NCBI GenBank assembly: GCA_038874215.1
Contig: JAVZCV010000014.1
Span: 1 to 28,917, forward strand
Source: Candidatus Micrarchaeia archaeon
Lineage (GTDB): Archaea; Micrarchaeota; Micrarchaeia; Burarchaeales; JAVZCV01
Length of the DNA: 28,917 nucleotides
Direction of reading: 5' to 3'
In this document: in pieces, positions 1 through 8,114 of the stretch
Numbering within the stretch: the stretch's first letter is position 1
Layout of the letters: every line of letters starts with the position of its first letter
The notes under the pieces: model-generated
The model's database searches: none
The model's input: the letters and a program-made list of their open reading frames with translations, nothing else
What the model was told of the DNA's origin: nothing
Position numbers and translations under genes: made by a program

Positions 1-59
1 ATGTTTTTATAGTCCAAAGTTTATAATATAAGCACTTCAGCTGGTTTTGGGGTGGTAAT

Positions 60-620
60 ATGGGGAAGACGACGCAACAGACTCCAAAGCGTCAAGGGCA
101 TGCAATAGGCGGGCCTTTAGTCCCTATGCCTACGAAGAATCGATTTAACGCATTCAAAAGGCTATTTGGAACACCATATGTGCCTGCCCTGAATGCTTTC
201 AAGAGGGTCTTAGAAGATAGGGATAGGGATGCAAGTTGGGAGATTAAGGCAATGCTCCGTGGAATGGCAGAGGCGTATAGCCGTATTTTAGACAGGTATA
301 TTGCAAACAATCCGATTGTGCTGGATGTGGGAACGAGAAATGTTTACGATGAAAAGGGTGAAATTGATTTTAGCAGATGGAGGCTTGAAATCCCGAACCT
401 TCGGGAAAATGATGGGTGGCTTCGCTATGTTTTTACCCGCGATCCTCGCCGCTCTGTGATGGAGCAGGAGAGGGGAATTCCAAAAACATGGATTCGCACG
501 CCCGTTGTTGTTGCGTCTTCTTCAATAGAAAAAATGCTTGCAGAGGCGAGGATTCCTAATGCTGCCAGTTTAAGCAGGGAGGCGCCGTTCATCTTTATCT
601 TTCGCAGATGGATGGAGTGA
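60..620 (+). CDS. hypothetical protein
   Basis: 186-aa ORF with GGGGTGGT RBS-like sequence and TTTATAAT TATA-like box upstream; no recognised motif. Confidence 0.6.
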   Translation: MGKTTQQTPKRQGHAIGGPLVPMPTKNRFNAFKRLFGTPYVPALNAFKRVLEDRDRDASWEIKAMLRGMAEAYSRILDRYIANNPIVLDVGTRNVYDEKGEIDFSRWRLEIPNLRENDGWLRYVFTRDPRRSVMEQERGIPKTWIRTPVVVASSSIEKMLAEARIPNAASLSREAPFIFIFRRWME

Positions 621-838
621 GCGTCTATTACAACGGAATTGTCGGCGATTATAGAATTAGAATAAAAGGGCCGCTTTCAACGTCCGATGCGGTGAGAGCT
701 TTTGAATACATATCCGGTGCGAGCAGAGGCCGTATTGTTTTTAATAGAGGGCAGGAGGAGACAGTATCAGACAAGTATTTGGGCGATTTTGAGATTAGGG
801 ATTTAAGCGGGATAGAGATAAGTGTGAGAAGACGTTGA
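608..838 (+). CDS. small hypothetical protein
   Basis: 76-aa ORF overlapping the end of the previous ORF, operon-like arrangement. Confidence 0.5.
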   Translation: MDGVSVYYNGIVGDYRIRIKGPLSTSDAVRAFEYISGASRGRIVFNRGQEETVSDKYLGDFEIRDLSGIEISVRRR

Positions 839-894
839 TCTGTCATAAAAGGCGCATGTGATACTGTTTTTAACCTTGTATGAGATATTAACGC

Positions 895-1995
895 ATGCGT
901 GCGGGTAATGTTTTCAGCAGGCTTGGGAATGAGGAAACAGAGATATTCAAAGACGAACGGGTTTTGATGCCCGACTATCTGCCCGAAGTCCTCCCGCACA
1001 GAGAAAAGGAGATAGAAGGCATAGCGCTAGCGCTTAAGCCAGCGGCACGAGGGAAGAGAACAGAGGGGCTTTTTATTCACGGTCCTCCAGGAAGCGGTAA
1101 AACTGCGTGCGTCAGGTATGTTTTGGAACACCTGAAGGAATACACGCAGAGAGCAGTCCCGATATACATAAACTGCTGGGAAACATCAACAAGGCACGGT
1201 ATACTGAGCACAATAGCAACCGCGTTGGGCGAGATTCTGCCGAGGAGAGGAATTGCAACCGATGAAATAACGGAACGGATTGTTGGGGCGATTAGGAGGG
1301 AGGGAAAACTTCCGGTTGTTGCTCTTGATGAAGCGGACAGGCTTTTTGCAAGCCAGTATGAAGAAGAGAGGATAGTGTACGATTTAGTCAGGGCGTGTGA
1401 AGTCTTTTCGGTAAATTTCGGCACGATAATAATAACGAATAAGAAAGAGATTTTGATTAAGCTTGATGAGAGGATAAGGAGCTCGCTTGCGCAGAGGCAG
1501 GTAGAGTTCAAGCGTTACGGGCCTGATGAACTGAAGGACATATTGCGAGAACGTGCTCGCATGGCCTTTCATCCGAACACCGTGGACGATGAATCTATTG
1601 CTCTCTGTGCAGCGTATGCAGCAAAGAATGGCGGGGACGCACGCCTTGCGATAAACTGCCTTTGGAAGGCTGGCAGGATAGCAGAAGCGGGAACAAGTGG
1701 GAAGGTTCGTATTGAAGACGTGAGAAAGGCTTTTCTTGACGTTTCTGCAGAGCTTGAAAAAAGGAAAAACGGCATGCTTGATGAAACCTCAAAGAGGATA
1801 ATTGAAGTTTTGCGTGAGCGTGGGGAGATAAAAAGCGGCGAGCTTTATTCACTAATAAAAGAAAACGACAGGACAATAAGAAACCATCTGAAAAAATTGG
1901 AGAGGCTTGGAATGATAGAAACAGTTCTTGTGAAAGAAGGAAGGGGAAAGACAAGGATAATACGAATCAAACGAACGCTTTTTTCTCAGGTGTAG
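895..1995 (+). CDS. cdc6: Cdc6/Orc1 replication initiation AAA+ ATPase
   Basis: IFKDERVLMPDYLP..LPHRE N-terminus, Walker A GPPGSGKT, Walker B VALDEAD, GDAR sensor motif, C-terminal winged helix. Confidence 0.95.
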   Translation: MRAGNVFSRLGNEETEIFKDERVLMPDYLPEVLPHREKEIEGIALALKPAARGKRTEGLFIHGPPGSGKTACVRYVLEHLKEYTQRAVPIYINCWETSTRHGILSTIATALGEILPRRGIATDEITERIVGAIRREGKLPVVALDEADRLFASQYEEERIVYDLVRACEVFSVNFGTIIITNKKEILIKLDERIRSSLAQRQVEFKRYGPDELKDILRERARMAFHPNTVDDESIALCAAYAAKNGGDARLAINCLWKAGRIAEAGTSGKVRIEDVRKAFLDVSAELEKRKNGMLDETSKRIIEVLRERGEIKSGELYSLIKENDRTIRNHLKKLERLGMIETVLVKEGRGKTRIIRIKRTLFSQV

Positions 1996-1997
1996 CG

Positions 1998-2525
1998 ATG
2001 CAGCAGGAAAGGAAAAATATGATACACGTGCTCCTAGCAATAGTTATAATCTTCGTAATAGTGGTTGTTTTCTTCATCCTGTCTGGTTTTGGAAGCCCGA
2101 AAAGAGTAGGCGATGCGAGAAACTTCGCTGTCGTAAGGCCTATAACATGGGCGTTCTTTGCTGATGAGAGTGGCGATGTAAGCGAGGCGAGGGCCGAGAT
2201 AGTTCTTGTGAATGTTTGGAGGACGAACTTAACGCTGTATGTAGCGGATAGCCTTGTTGAATCCGTTAGTTTGAAGAAAGGAAACATGCTTTGCATGCTT
2301 AAAAATGTTGAGGCAGAGAATGAAACGGCGTACAAGACATTGGTAAGCAAGAGGACAATTATTTTCCCAAGAGAAGTTGTCAAGATAACTGGTGTTTTGA
2401 GCGGTCGGGGAAATTGTAGCGGCAAAAAGGGAGAGGAATATGAGTACATAATGCATGTCGTCAGTGCTGAGCCGAATGGGATATTGCATGCGGAAACGGG
2501 CCTCGTTTATGGCACATATAAATGA
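1998..2525 (+). CDS. membrane-anchored or secreted hypothetical protein
   Basis: Short basic N-terminus followed by one long hydrophobic helix (VLLAIVIIFVIVVVFFIL) and a beta-rich domain. Confidence 0.7.
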   Translation: MQQERKNMIHVLLAIVIIFVIVVVFFILSGFGSPKRVGDARNFAVVRPITWAFFADESGDVSEARAEIVLVNVWRTNLTLYVADSLVESVSLKKGNMLCMLKNVEAENETAYKTLVSKRTIIFPREVVKITGVLSGRGNCSGKKGEEYEYIMHVVSAEPNGILHAETGLVYGTYK

Positions 2526-2540
2526 ATGCGGCCGCCGGGA

Positions 2541-2582
2541 TTTCCAGAAGTTTTTTTGGCGCAGCTCTTCCAAAAAAGCTGC
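2541..2582 (-). other. tRNA-Gly intron at 59/60 (42 nt)
   Basis: Central helix UUCA/UGGA with AA|G and AA|U bulges; intron-side helix imperfect. Confidence 0.8.
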
Positions 2583-2588
2583 TTTGAA

Positions 2589-2639
2589 TTCCCTGACCCA
2601 TCCGGTAAGGTTTTTCTTTCTTTGAGAAAGAAAGGGCCA
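2589..2639 (-). other. tRNA-Gly intron at 53/54 (51 nt)
   Basis: Relaxed BHB: CCCG/AGGG helix, GG|U and AA|U bulges, intron helix GGCCC/GGGUC. Confidence 0.82.
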
Positions 2640-2678
2640 CCCGGGTTGTGGGCTTGGAAGGCCCAAGTCCTAACCAGG

Positions 2679-2732
2679 TTGTCCAAACTCTTCTTTCTTT
2701 TTATGAAACTTTTCTTTTGAAAGAAAAGTTCC
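2679..2732 (-). other. tRNA-Gly D-loop intron at 15/16 (54 nt)
   Basis: BHB-like: GUCU/GGAC helix, AG|G and AA|C bulges, intron helix GAACUUUUC/GAAGAGUUU. Confidence 0.85.
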
Positions 2733-2816
2733 CTAGACTACGGCCGCATCGGCATTATATTGGCGGGATAAAAATAAAAATGGATAGATGGGAAAATGGG
2801 GGGACCGAGATTTGAA

Positions 2817-2894
2817 TTCCCGTGCCCTTTCTGTTCTTTCGGAATCGCTTTTTATTTGGGGTTGAGCACTTTCTTTTCCGAAAAAGAAAGGGCT
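2817..2894 (-). other. tRNA-Pro intron at 53/54 (78 nt)
   Basis: CCCG/CGGG central helix, AG|A and AA|U bulges, GCCCUUUC/GAAAGGGC intron helix. Confidence 0.83.
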
Positions 2895-2909
2895 CTCGGG
2901 TCTCAGGGT

Positions 2910-2973
2910 TTTCCGCAGCCTTCTGCTTTCTTTTTACGATGCAGCGCTTTTTCTTAAAAAGAAAAAGGGCTGC
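2910..2973 (-). other. tRNA-Pro canonical intron at 37/38 (64 nt)
   Basis: BHB: UUUG/CGGA helix, GG|G and AA|A bulges, CAGCC/GGCUG intron helix. Confidence 0.87.
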
Positions 2974-3065
2974 CCCAAACCCCGAAGCATTGCCAGGCTA
3001 GCCCATCCCCCCATGAAGTTATGGATTAGGTAGGAAAGGCATTTAAGTATTCGGCATGTGCGCTG

Positions 3066-3485
3066 TCAGTTGTTCTCGTTCCTCTCCATCAACTCTACAA
3101 TATTTCCGTTTTTTAAGGAGATTGAAACCGTGAAAAAGCCTGCACGGGTGTATAATCTCTTCGCTGGATTCGCATGGGCTACGTTGAGCTTGATTTTTGT
3201 TTTCCCCATATTACGCATAAGCATTATGGCACTGTTGAGGAGCGCTGTCCCTATTCCGCGATGCGAGAAGCTTTTCTCAACGGCTATGCCTACTATTGCG
3301 CAGTCTGAAACATCAACGCGTACAAAACCGACTGTGCGCCTACCAACCTGCGCAATGAGAACTATACTGTTTGGGTTATAAAATTCTTTTACATCGGTGT
3401 TTTCTTTGCCGAACCTTTCTTTAACGATATGCGATATTTTCGGTATGTCTGAAAGCTTCGCATTCCGTATAACAAATTCTACCAT
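3066..3485 (-). CDS. GNAT family N-acetyltransferase (RimI-like)
   Basis: Motif A (IAVEKSFSHRGIGTALL) and motif B (NPAKRLYTRAGF); start placed at MVEFVIR because the longer ORF runs into 23S rRNA. Confidence 0.88.
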   Translation of the reverse strand: MVEFVIRNAKLSDIPKISHIVKERFGKENTDVKEFYNPNSIVLIAQVGRRTVGFVRVDVSDCAIVGIAVEKSFSHRGIGTALLNSAIMLMRNMGKTKIKLNVAHANPAKRLYTRAGFFTVSISLKNGNIVELMERNENN

Positions 3486-3695
3486 ATCATGTGAATTTGC
3501 ATAAGGAGAATAAAATGATTTCTGCGAATGAGAAAATAAGAATCGGATGAAGAGAGCAATGCATGAGGATGCAAGGGCTTTAGTAACGGCAGGCTCGCAG
3601 ATCGCGTAAGCTCTCTGCATACACCCCCGTCCTATCAATGCCGTCTGCTACGGCCGCCCATCGCCACCTCGTTTTGAGGATGGCTTCGTCCTTAG

Positions 3696-3739
3696 TTAAG
3701 CCTCCGATAACCATCCTACCAAAAACTGGTTATCGGAGT
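3696..3739 (-). other. 23S intron (~E. coli 2754/2755, 44 nt)
   Basis: Interrupts GAAAGCAU|CUAAG; strict BHB AAGC/GCUU with AU|A and AA|C bulges; 12-bp intron stem CUCCGAUAACCA. Confidence 0.9.
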
Positions 3740-3953
3740 ATGCTTTCAGGACTTATCCATAAGCGCGTAGCTGCCCGGCAGTGCCAAAGACAACCGGTAG
3801 ACCAGAGGCGCCGATCCCCAGTTCCTCTCGTACTTAGGGGACCTTCCTCTCAGGTGGCGAGCACTCCCAGTAGATACTACCGAACTGTCTCGCGACGTTC
3901 TGAACCCAGCTCATGTAGGTCTTTAATGGATGAACAACCCAACCATTGGCGGC

Positions 3954-3996
3954 TTACAGCCTCGCAAACCGTCTGCTGAAAAATGGTTTGCAAGGT
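3954..3996 (-). other. 23S intron (~E. coli 2533, H91 loop, 43 nt)
   Basis: GCAG/CUGU helix, GA|A and AA|G bulges, 11-bp intron stem CCUUGCAAACC/GGUUUGCGAGG. Confidence 0.88.
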
Positions 3997-4053
3997 TCCT
4001 GCACCGCCAGGATGACCTAAGCCGACAGCGATGTACCAAACCGCGGGGTCGAT

Positions 4054-4112
4054 TCGTACAAACTTTCTTTCCTTTCTTTTGATGAAACTTTTCTTTAGGA
4101 AAGAAAAGCTTT
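4054..4112 (-). other. 23S intron (~E. coli 2477/2478, H89, 59 nt)
   Basis: Strict BHB: GUAC/GUAC helix, CC|A and GA|A bulges, both flanking helices paired. Confidence 0.9.
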
Positions 4113-4609
4113 GGGTACTCTCGCCCGCGACGAGCCTGTTACCCCCGGGGTAGCTTTTCTGACAGCTTGGGCCCCCATTAAAAGGGACACCAAGGTTCGT
4201 TAGGCCCTGCTTTCGCACCTGCGTGCCCTGCTGTGCGGCACACAGTCAGTCCTGCATTTGTCCTTAACCCTTAACGGCGGATTTCTGACCCGCCTAAGCA
4301 GAACTTTGGGCGCCCTTGTTTCCCTATCGAGGGCGTACCGCCCCAGCCAAACTATCCACCTGCCGCTGTCCCCTTCCGGGTGAGAGGCACGGTCCTCGTT
4401 GAGTGGTGTTACACTTTCGCCTCCGCATCCCCCGAGAGGAATGCCTCTGCGGCTCCCACTTACGCTCCGCAACAAAAACCATGCCCCAACAACAGGCTAT
4501 AGTAAAGCTCCACGGGGTCTTCGTTTCCCACTGGGAGTCCTCCGCATATTCACGGAGAAGTGAGTTCACCAGGTCCCGGGTAGGGACAGTGGGAGAGTCG
4601 TTATGCCCT

Positions 4610-4648
4610 TTCCACCGGCATCAATATATAAAAATGGATTGATGCCGT
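4610..4648 (-). other. 23S intron (~E. coli 1969/1970, 39 nt)
   Basis: 10-bp hairpin CGGCAUCAAU/AUUGAUGCCG inserted in GCAUGA..GGCAUAACG; relaxed BHB with 3 of 4 central pairs; register uncertain. Confidence 0.78.
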
Positions 4649-4748
4649 TCATGCAAGCCGCCAATTAAGCGGCGAGGTACTACGCTACCTTAAGAGGGTC
4701 AGAGTTACCCCCGCTCTTTACCGGCGCTTTGCTCCGTTGGAACGGAGT

Positions 4749-4781
4749 TTCGCCGAACCATTCTATATAAAGAAAGGTTCT
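4749..4781 (-). other. 23S intron (~E. coli 1854, H68, 33 nt)
   Basis: CGUC/GGCG helix, AA|A bulges on both strands, GAACC/GGUUC intron helix. Confidence 0.85.
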
Positions 4782-5724
4782 TTGACGTACCGGCAGTGAG
4801 CAGGCATCGGCCGCTATACTAAGCCTTACGGCTTTGCAGCGACCTGTGTTTTTGGTAAACAGTCGCTCTCCCCTTGTCACTGCGACCTGCGATTCCACTT
4901 GCGCAGAAACGCAGGCATGGCTTCTCCCGAAGTTACGCCACTAATTTGCCGAATTCCCTTACCCGAGTTCTCCTGACACGCCTGAGCCTTTTCAGCCAGC
5001 AACACCTGTACTGGTTCTAGGTACGGTCATGCGGAATCGTATTGGCTCCCTTTTCACGGGCTCAAGGAATTGACCGAACTGGCTTGCGCCAGCCATTCCC
5101 AAGATTAGGCTGCTTCTCCTCATAACGAGTCTCCACAGCCTTGCCTTGGTTAGACAGCCGAAGCTGCTCGGCCTATCCCCAAGCGTCAGGAACCAATATT
5201 GCGTTGCCGCGTCTATCCGCATGGCACGGGAATTTTAACCCGTTTCCCTTTCGCCACCGAGTAATTGGCTGGTGGCTTAGGACCGGCTTACTCTTGGCTG
5301 ACGAACGTTGCCAAGAAAACCGTGTGCTTTCGGCGTCCAGGATTCTCGCCTGGATTTGCTGTTACTAACACCAGGATGTTCATTCCTAATCGGTCCATCG
5401 GACCTCACGGCCCGACTTCTACCCGATCAGGACGCCCCCCTACCAGCACTTTGCTATGCAAAGTGCTCCGAGGTATCGGCACCAGACTTAGCCCCGAGCA
5501 TCTTCGGAACCTGCAATCTCGGCTGGTCCGCTATTACGCGTTGTTTAAAGGATGGCTGCTTCTAAGCCTACCTCCCAGCTGTTTTAGATTGGAGATTCCT
5601 TGTGGATTCGCACTTAGTCTGGATTTAGGGGCCTTAACCCCGGTCTCGGTCGTTCCCGTTCAGGCATGCTAGCTTACCCAGCATGCCCAACTCCTGCCTT
5701 CTACGGCGACGATGGATTCGGAGT

Positions 5725-5759
5725 TTTGTCGACCTTTTCTTTTTAAAAGAAAAGGTTCT
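5725..5759 (-). other. 23S intron (~E. coli 910, H38, 35 nt)
   Basis: UGUC/GACA helix, AA|A bulges, ACCUUUUCUUUU/AAAAGAAAAGGU hairpin. Confidence 0.87.
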
Positions 5760-5921
5760 TTGACAAAGTGGTAGAGCCTTTCGGCTCCGTGCCACTTAAT
5801 CAGTGCTCTACCCCATCGTCTGCCTCTAGCAGGGCTATTCTGAGGAATACTTTGGGGGGAACCCGCTATCGCCGAGTTCGATAGGACTTTCACCCCTACA
5901 CGCAGGTCACCTAAGCAGATA

Positions 5922-5984
5922 TTCCAGACAGCGATGGCAATTTAGAAAAACAGCCATCGCCGCTTACTAGCACTAGATGCGGGC
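5922..5984 (-). other. 23S intron (~E. coli 745-750, H35 loop, 63 nt)
   Basis: CUAG/CUGG helix, UA|A and AA|U bulges, 11-bp intron stem GCGGCGAUGGC/GCCAUCGCUGU; exon is divergent so the boundary rests on the BHB register. Confidence 0.78.
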
Positions 5985-6595
5985 CTCCACCGTCTTGGAA
6001 GACGGCTTCGCCCTGCCCACGTGTAGCTCACATCGGCTTCGGGTCTCATGAGAGTGATTAACCGCACTTTCATACGGCGGGCCTCCCTTTCGGTGCGCCC
6101 TATCGCTTTCGCTACGCCTTTCAGCTCACCACTCCCATGAACTCCCTGGCTCTTGCTTCGAGAAGAACGATGCAACCCTGTTTGGCGTTGGCTCGCTCAT
6201 CGCATCTCTGCGAATTGCTTCGCCACGCTACATTCCTTTCGGGCAGCATCGACCTGTAGTCTCTCAGTTTCAGGCTCTTTTCACTCCCCTTCCGGGGTAC
6301 TTTTCAGCTTTTGCTCGCGCTACTAGTGCGCTATCGGTCTCGGGTTATATTTAGGGTTGGATGTTAATACACCCATATTCACGCCCCATACCCGAGGGGC
6401 GCTACTCACCGCTCATCCTTCCCCATGCCTACGCCTACGGGGCTATCACCCTCTATGGCAGAGCTTTCCAGCTCTCTTCGGCTCGGCAGAAGGGATAGTT
6501 GATGAGCACCACATCTCCCACACATTACTGTGCAGGATTCAGGTTGCCCTGTGCGGCTTTCAGTCGCCCTTACTAACCGCATCCCTTTTGGTTTC

Positions 6596-6637
6596 TTAGA
6601 ATTTTGCCAACCTCATTCAAAAACGGGTTGGCAAAAT
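6596..6637 (-). other. 23S intron (~E. coli 219/220, 42 nt)
   Basis: Interrupts conserved AGGAAAA|GAAA; GGAA/UUCU helix, AA|A and AA|G bulges, UUUUGCCAACC/GGUUGGCAAAA stem. Confidence 0.87.
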
Positions 6638-6939
6638 TTTTCCTGCGGGTACTAAGATGTTTCAATTCCCCGCGTAATTACCCATTACTGGGTTATGGGC
6701 AATCCTGGGTTCAAGGGCTGCCTGCGCCTACCCCAGGCTTATCGCAGCTTGCCACGGCCCACAACTACCCGAGCCTAGCCATCCCCTGAGAGACAGCAAC
6801 AGCATCCGTGAACATGCATCGCCTCTCTTCATCCTCATGACTCTCAAGCATGAGAGCTGCCTTTCGGCGCATTCCCAACAGCGTTGGGACATGCTACTCG
6901 TGAAATGAGTAGTATGAATGTGATATGGACTCGGCGAGA

Positions 6940-6991
6940 AGTTCAGAGGGCAACCCATCTTGAACACAGATGTTTATGGGGAAGCCCTTCT
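6940..6991 (-). other. tRNA-Ala intron at 59/60 (52 nt)
   Basis: Strict BHB: UUCA/UGAA helix, AA|A and CU|U bulges. Confidence 0.88.
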
Positions 6992-7013
6992 TTTGAACTC
7001 GCGGCCTCCTCCT

Positions 7014-7045
7014 TATTTGAAACTTTTCTTTTTAAGAAAAGTTCA
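7014..7045 (-). other. tRNA-Ala canonical intron at 37/38 (32 nt)
   Basis: Strict BHB: UUUG/CAAA helix, CG|U and UA|A bulges, GAACUUUUCUU/AAGAAAAGUUU stem. Confidence 0.9.
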
Positions 7046-7596
7046 CGCAAAGGAGGCGCTCTACCACTGAGCTACGAGCCCAACCTTTCAACTGTGTTTC
7101 AAAAGAAACACAGCACAACCCCAAGAACCGAATCCACGCTCTCGCGCCTTGCACGTAAACTAAAGGAGGTGATCTATCCGCAGGTTCCCCTACGGATACC
7201 TTGTTACGACTTAGCCCCCCTCATAAAGCTCTAGTTCGACGCTACCACGAGGATAACGCCTCACTAGAACCTTACTTGGGTGACTTGACGGGCGGTGTGT
7301 GCAAGGAGCGGGGACGTATTCACCGCGCGATGTTGACACGCGATTACTAGGGATTCCAGCTTCATGAGGGCGAGTTTCAGCCCTCAATCCGAACTCAGGC
7401 TAGGTTTGGGGATTAGCTTCTCCTCTCGGAGTCGCAACCCATTGTCCTAGCCATTGTAGGCCACGTGTAGCCCGGGAGATTCAGGGCATACTGACCTACC
7501 GTCGCCCTCTCCTTCCTCCTGCTTAACGCAGGCAGTCTCTACAGAGTGCCCGTTTCAAAAGAAACGGTAGCAACTGTAGACGAGGGTCTCGCTCGT

Positions 7597-8114
7597 TTCC
7601 GGGCCTGCGGGCATCAAACTTTCAAAAATTTAAGATGAGTTTTTACAAAACCAAGAAAATCTGATGAGATGTAAAGAGCACTGCCTATGCGCTTTGTCCT
7701 AAAATTGAGTCTTTCAAGCATGTGCTCGTCTGCTTCGTCGGCTCTTGCTAGGAAGGGCAAGCCTTTGCGGATACCACCACAACCATCAAAAAAGCCTGCG
7801 AGGTATTCTGCGCTCTTTTCGTTCCTTTCTCTGAAAATATTCAAGCGCTCATTGACAACCTTCTGAAAAAACTTTTTGTAAGCGGAGTGATAGAAGTATG
7901 CCTCGTTCTCTTTTATCGTTATCTTATCCCCACGCGTTAGCCCGTTTCTGATGCACTCTGAGACGAATATTCCAACTATTTTTTTGTTTCCTGTTATCCC
8001 TATTCCGTGCTCTCCCCCTCTCGCCTTCCATAGGCCAACTACATATGCGATATTTGGAGTTAGTTTCAGCTTCATTCAATCACTCTTCAATCAACATGAG
8101 GCTGCCCACAGGCA
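7597..8114 (-). mobile_element. 16S rRNA BHB intron (~E. coli 1101/1102, 518 nt) carrying a homing-endonuclease ORF
   Basis: Removal restores AAGUCCGGUA|ACGAGCG; CCGG/CCGG helix, UA|U and AA|A bulges, 11-bp stem GCCUGUGGGCA/UGCCCGCAGGC. Confidence 0.93.
7614..8075 (-). CDS. intron-encoded LAGLIDADG-family protein
   Basis: Two LAGLIDADG-like helices, IAYVVGLWKARGG (degenerate) and EYLAGFFDGCGGI; sense to the rRNA and inside the intron loop. Confidence 0.85.
   Translation of the reverse strand: MKLKLTPNIAYVVGLWKARGGEHGIGITGNKKIVGIFVSECIRNGLTRGDKITIKENEAYFYHSAYKKFFQKVVNERLNIFRERNEKSAEYLAGFFDGCGGIRKGLPFLARADEADEHMLERLNFRTKRIGSALYISSDFLGFVKTHLKFLKV

Larger units (their letters stand above)
2527..2747 (-). 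tRNA. tRNA-Gly(UCC) with three introns (15/16, 53/54, 59/60)
   Basis: Exons 2747-2733, 2678-2640, 2588-2583, 2540-2527 join to GCGGCCGTAGTCTAG|CCTGGTTAGGACTTGGGCCTTCCAAGCCCACAACCCGGG|TTCAAA|TCCCGGCGGCCGCA, a complete cloverleaf. Confidence 0.93.
2797..3012 (-). tRNA. tRNA-Pro(UGG) with two introns (37/38, 53/54)
   Basis: Exons join to GGGGGGATGGGCTAGCCTGGCAATGCTTCGGGGTTTGGG|ACCCTGAGACCCGAG|TTCAAATCTCGGTCCCCCCA. Confidence 0.92.
3567..6807 (-). rRNA. rrl: 23S rRNA with eight short introns
   Basis: Reverse complements of universal LSU motifs: sarcin-ricin loop (cctctcgtact at ~3824), peptidyl-transferase-centre segments (tgttacccccggggtag, gacgttctgaacccagctc), gtactaagatgtttcaattc; ends estimated from terminal helix GGAUGC/GCAUCC. 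Confidence 0.97.
6926..7081 (-). tRNA. tRNA-Ala(UGC) in the 16S-23S spacer, two introns (37/38, 59/60)
   Basis: Exons join to GGGCTCGTAGCTCAGTGGTAGAGCGCCTCCTTTGCG|AGGAGGAGGCCGCGAGTTCAAA|TCTCGCCGAGTCCA; G3-U70 alanine identity pair present. Confidence 0.94.

Noticed and set aside
1-894. Replication origin (ORB boxes) next to cdc6
   Set aside because: No repeated ORB-like elements or long AT-rich unwinding region seen; the intergenic gap is only 56 nt
1998-2525. Type IV pilin or archaellin call
   Set aside because: A hydrophobic N-terminal helix is present but there is no clear class III cleavage motif
2526-2720. 64-aa ORF, and reading the T/A-rich hairpins here as terminators
   Set aside because: The region is tRNA-Gly on the minus strand and the hairpins are its introns
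3486-3638. N-terminal extension of the GNAT ORF
   Set aside because: Overlaps the 23S 3' end; the GNAT fold starts at MVEFVIR
4603-4646. ATGCC direct repeat flanking a 23S insertion as a transposon target-site duplication
   Set aside because: It can be explained by the intron stem and an alternative BHB register; other insertions show no consistent duplication length
7597-8114. Group I or group II intron
   Set aside because: The ORF fills nearly the whole intron, leaving no room for a ribozyme core, and the junction is BHB-type
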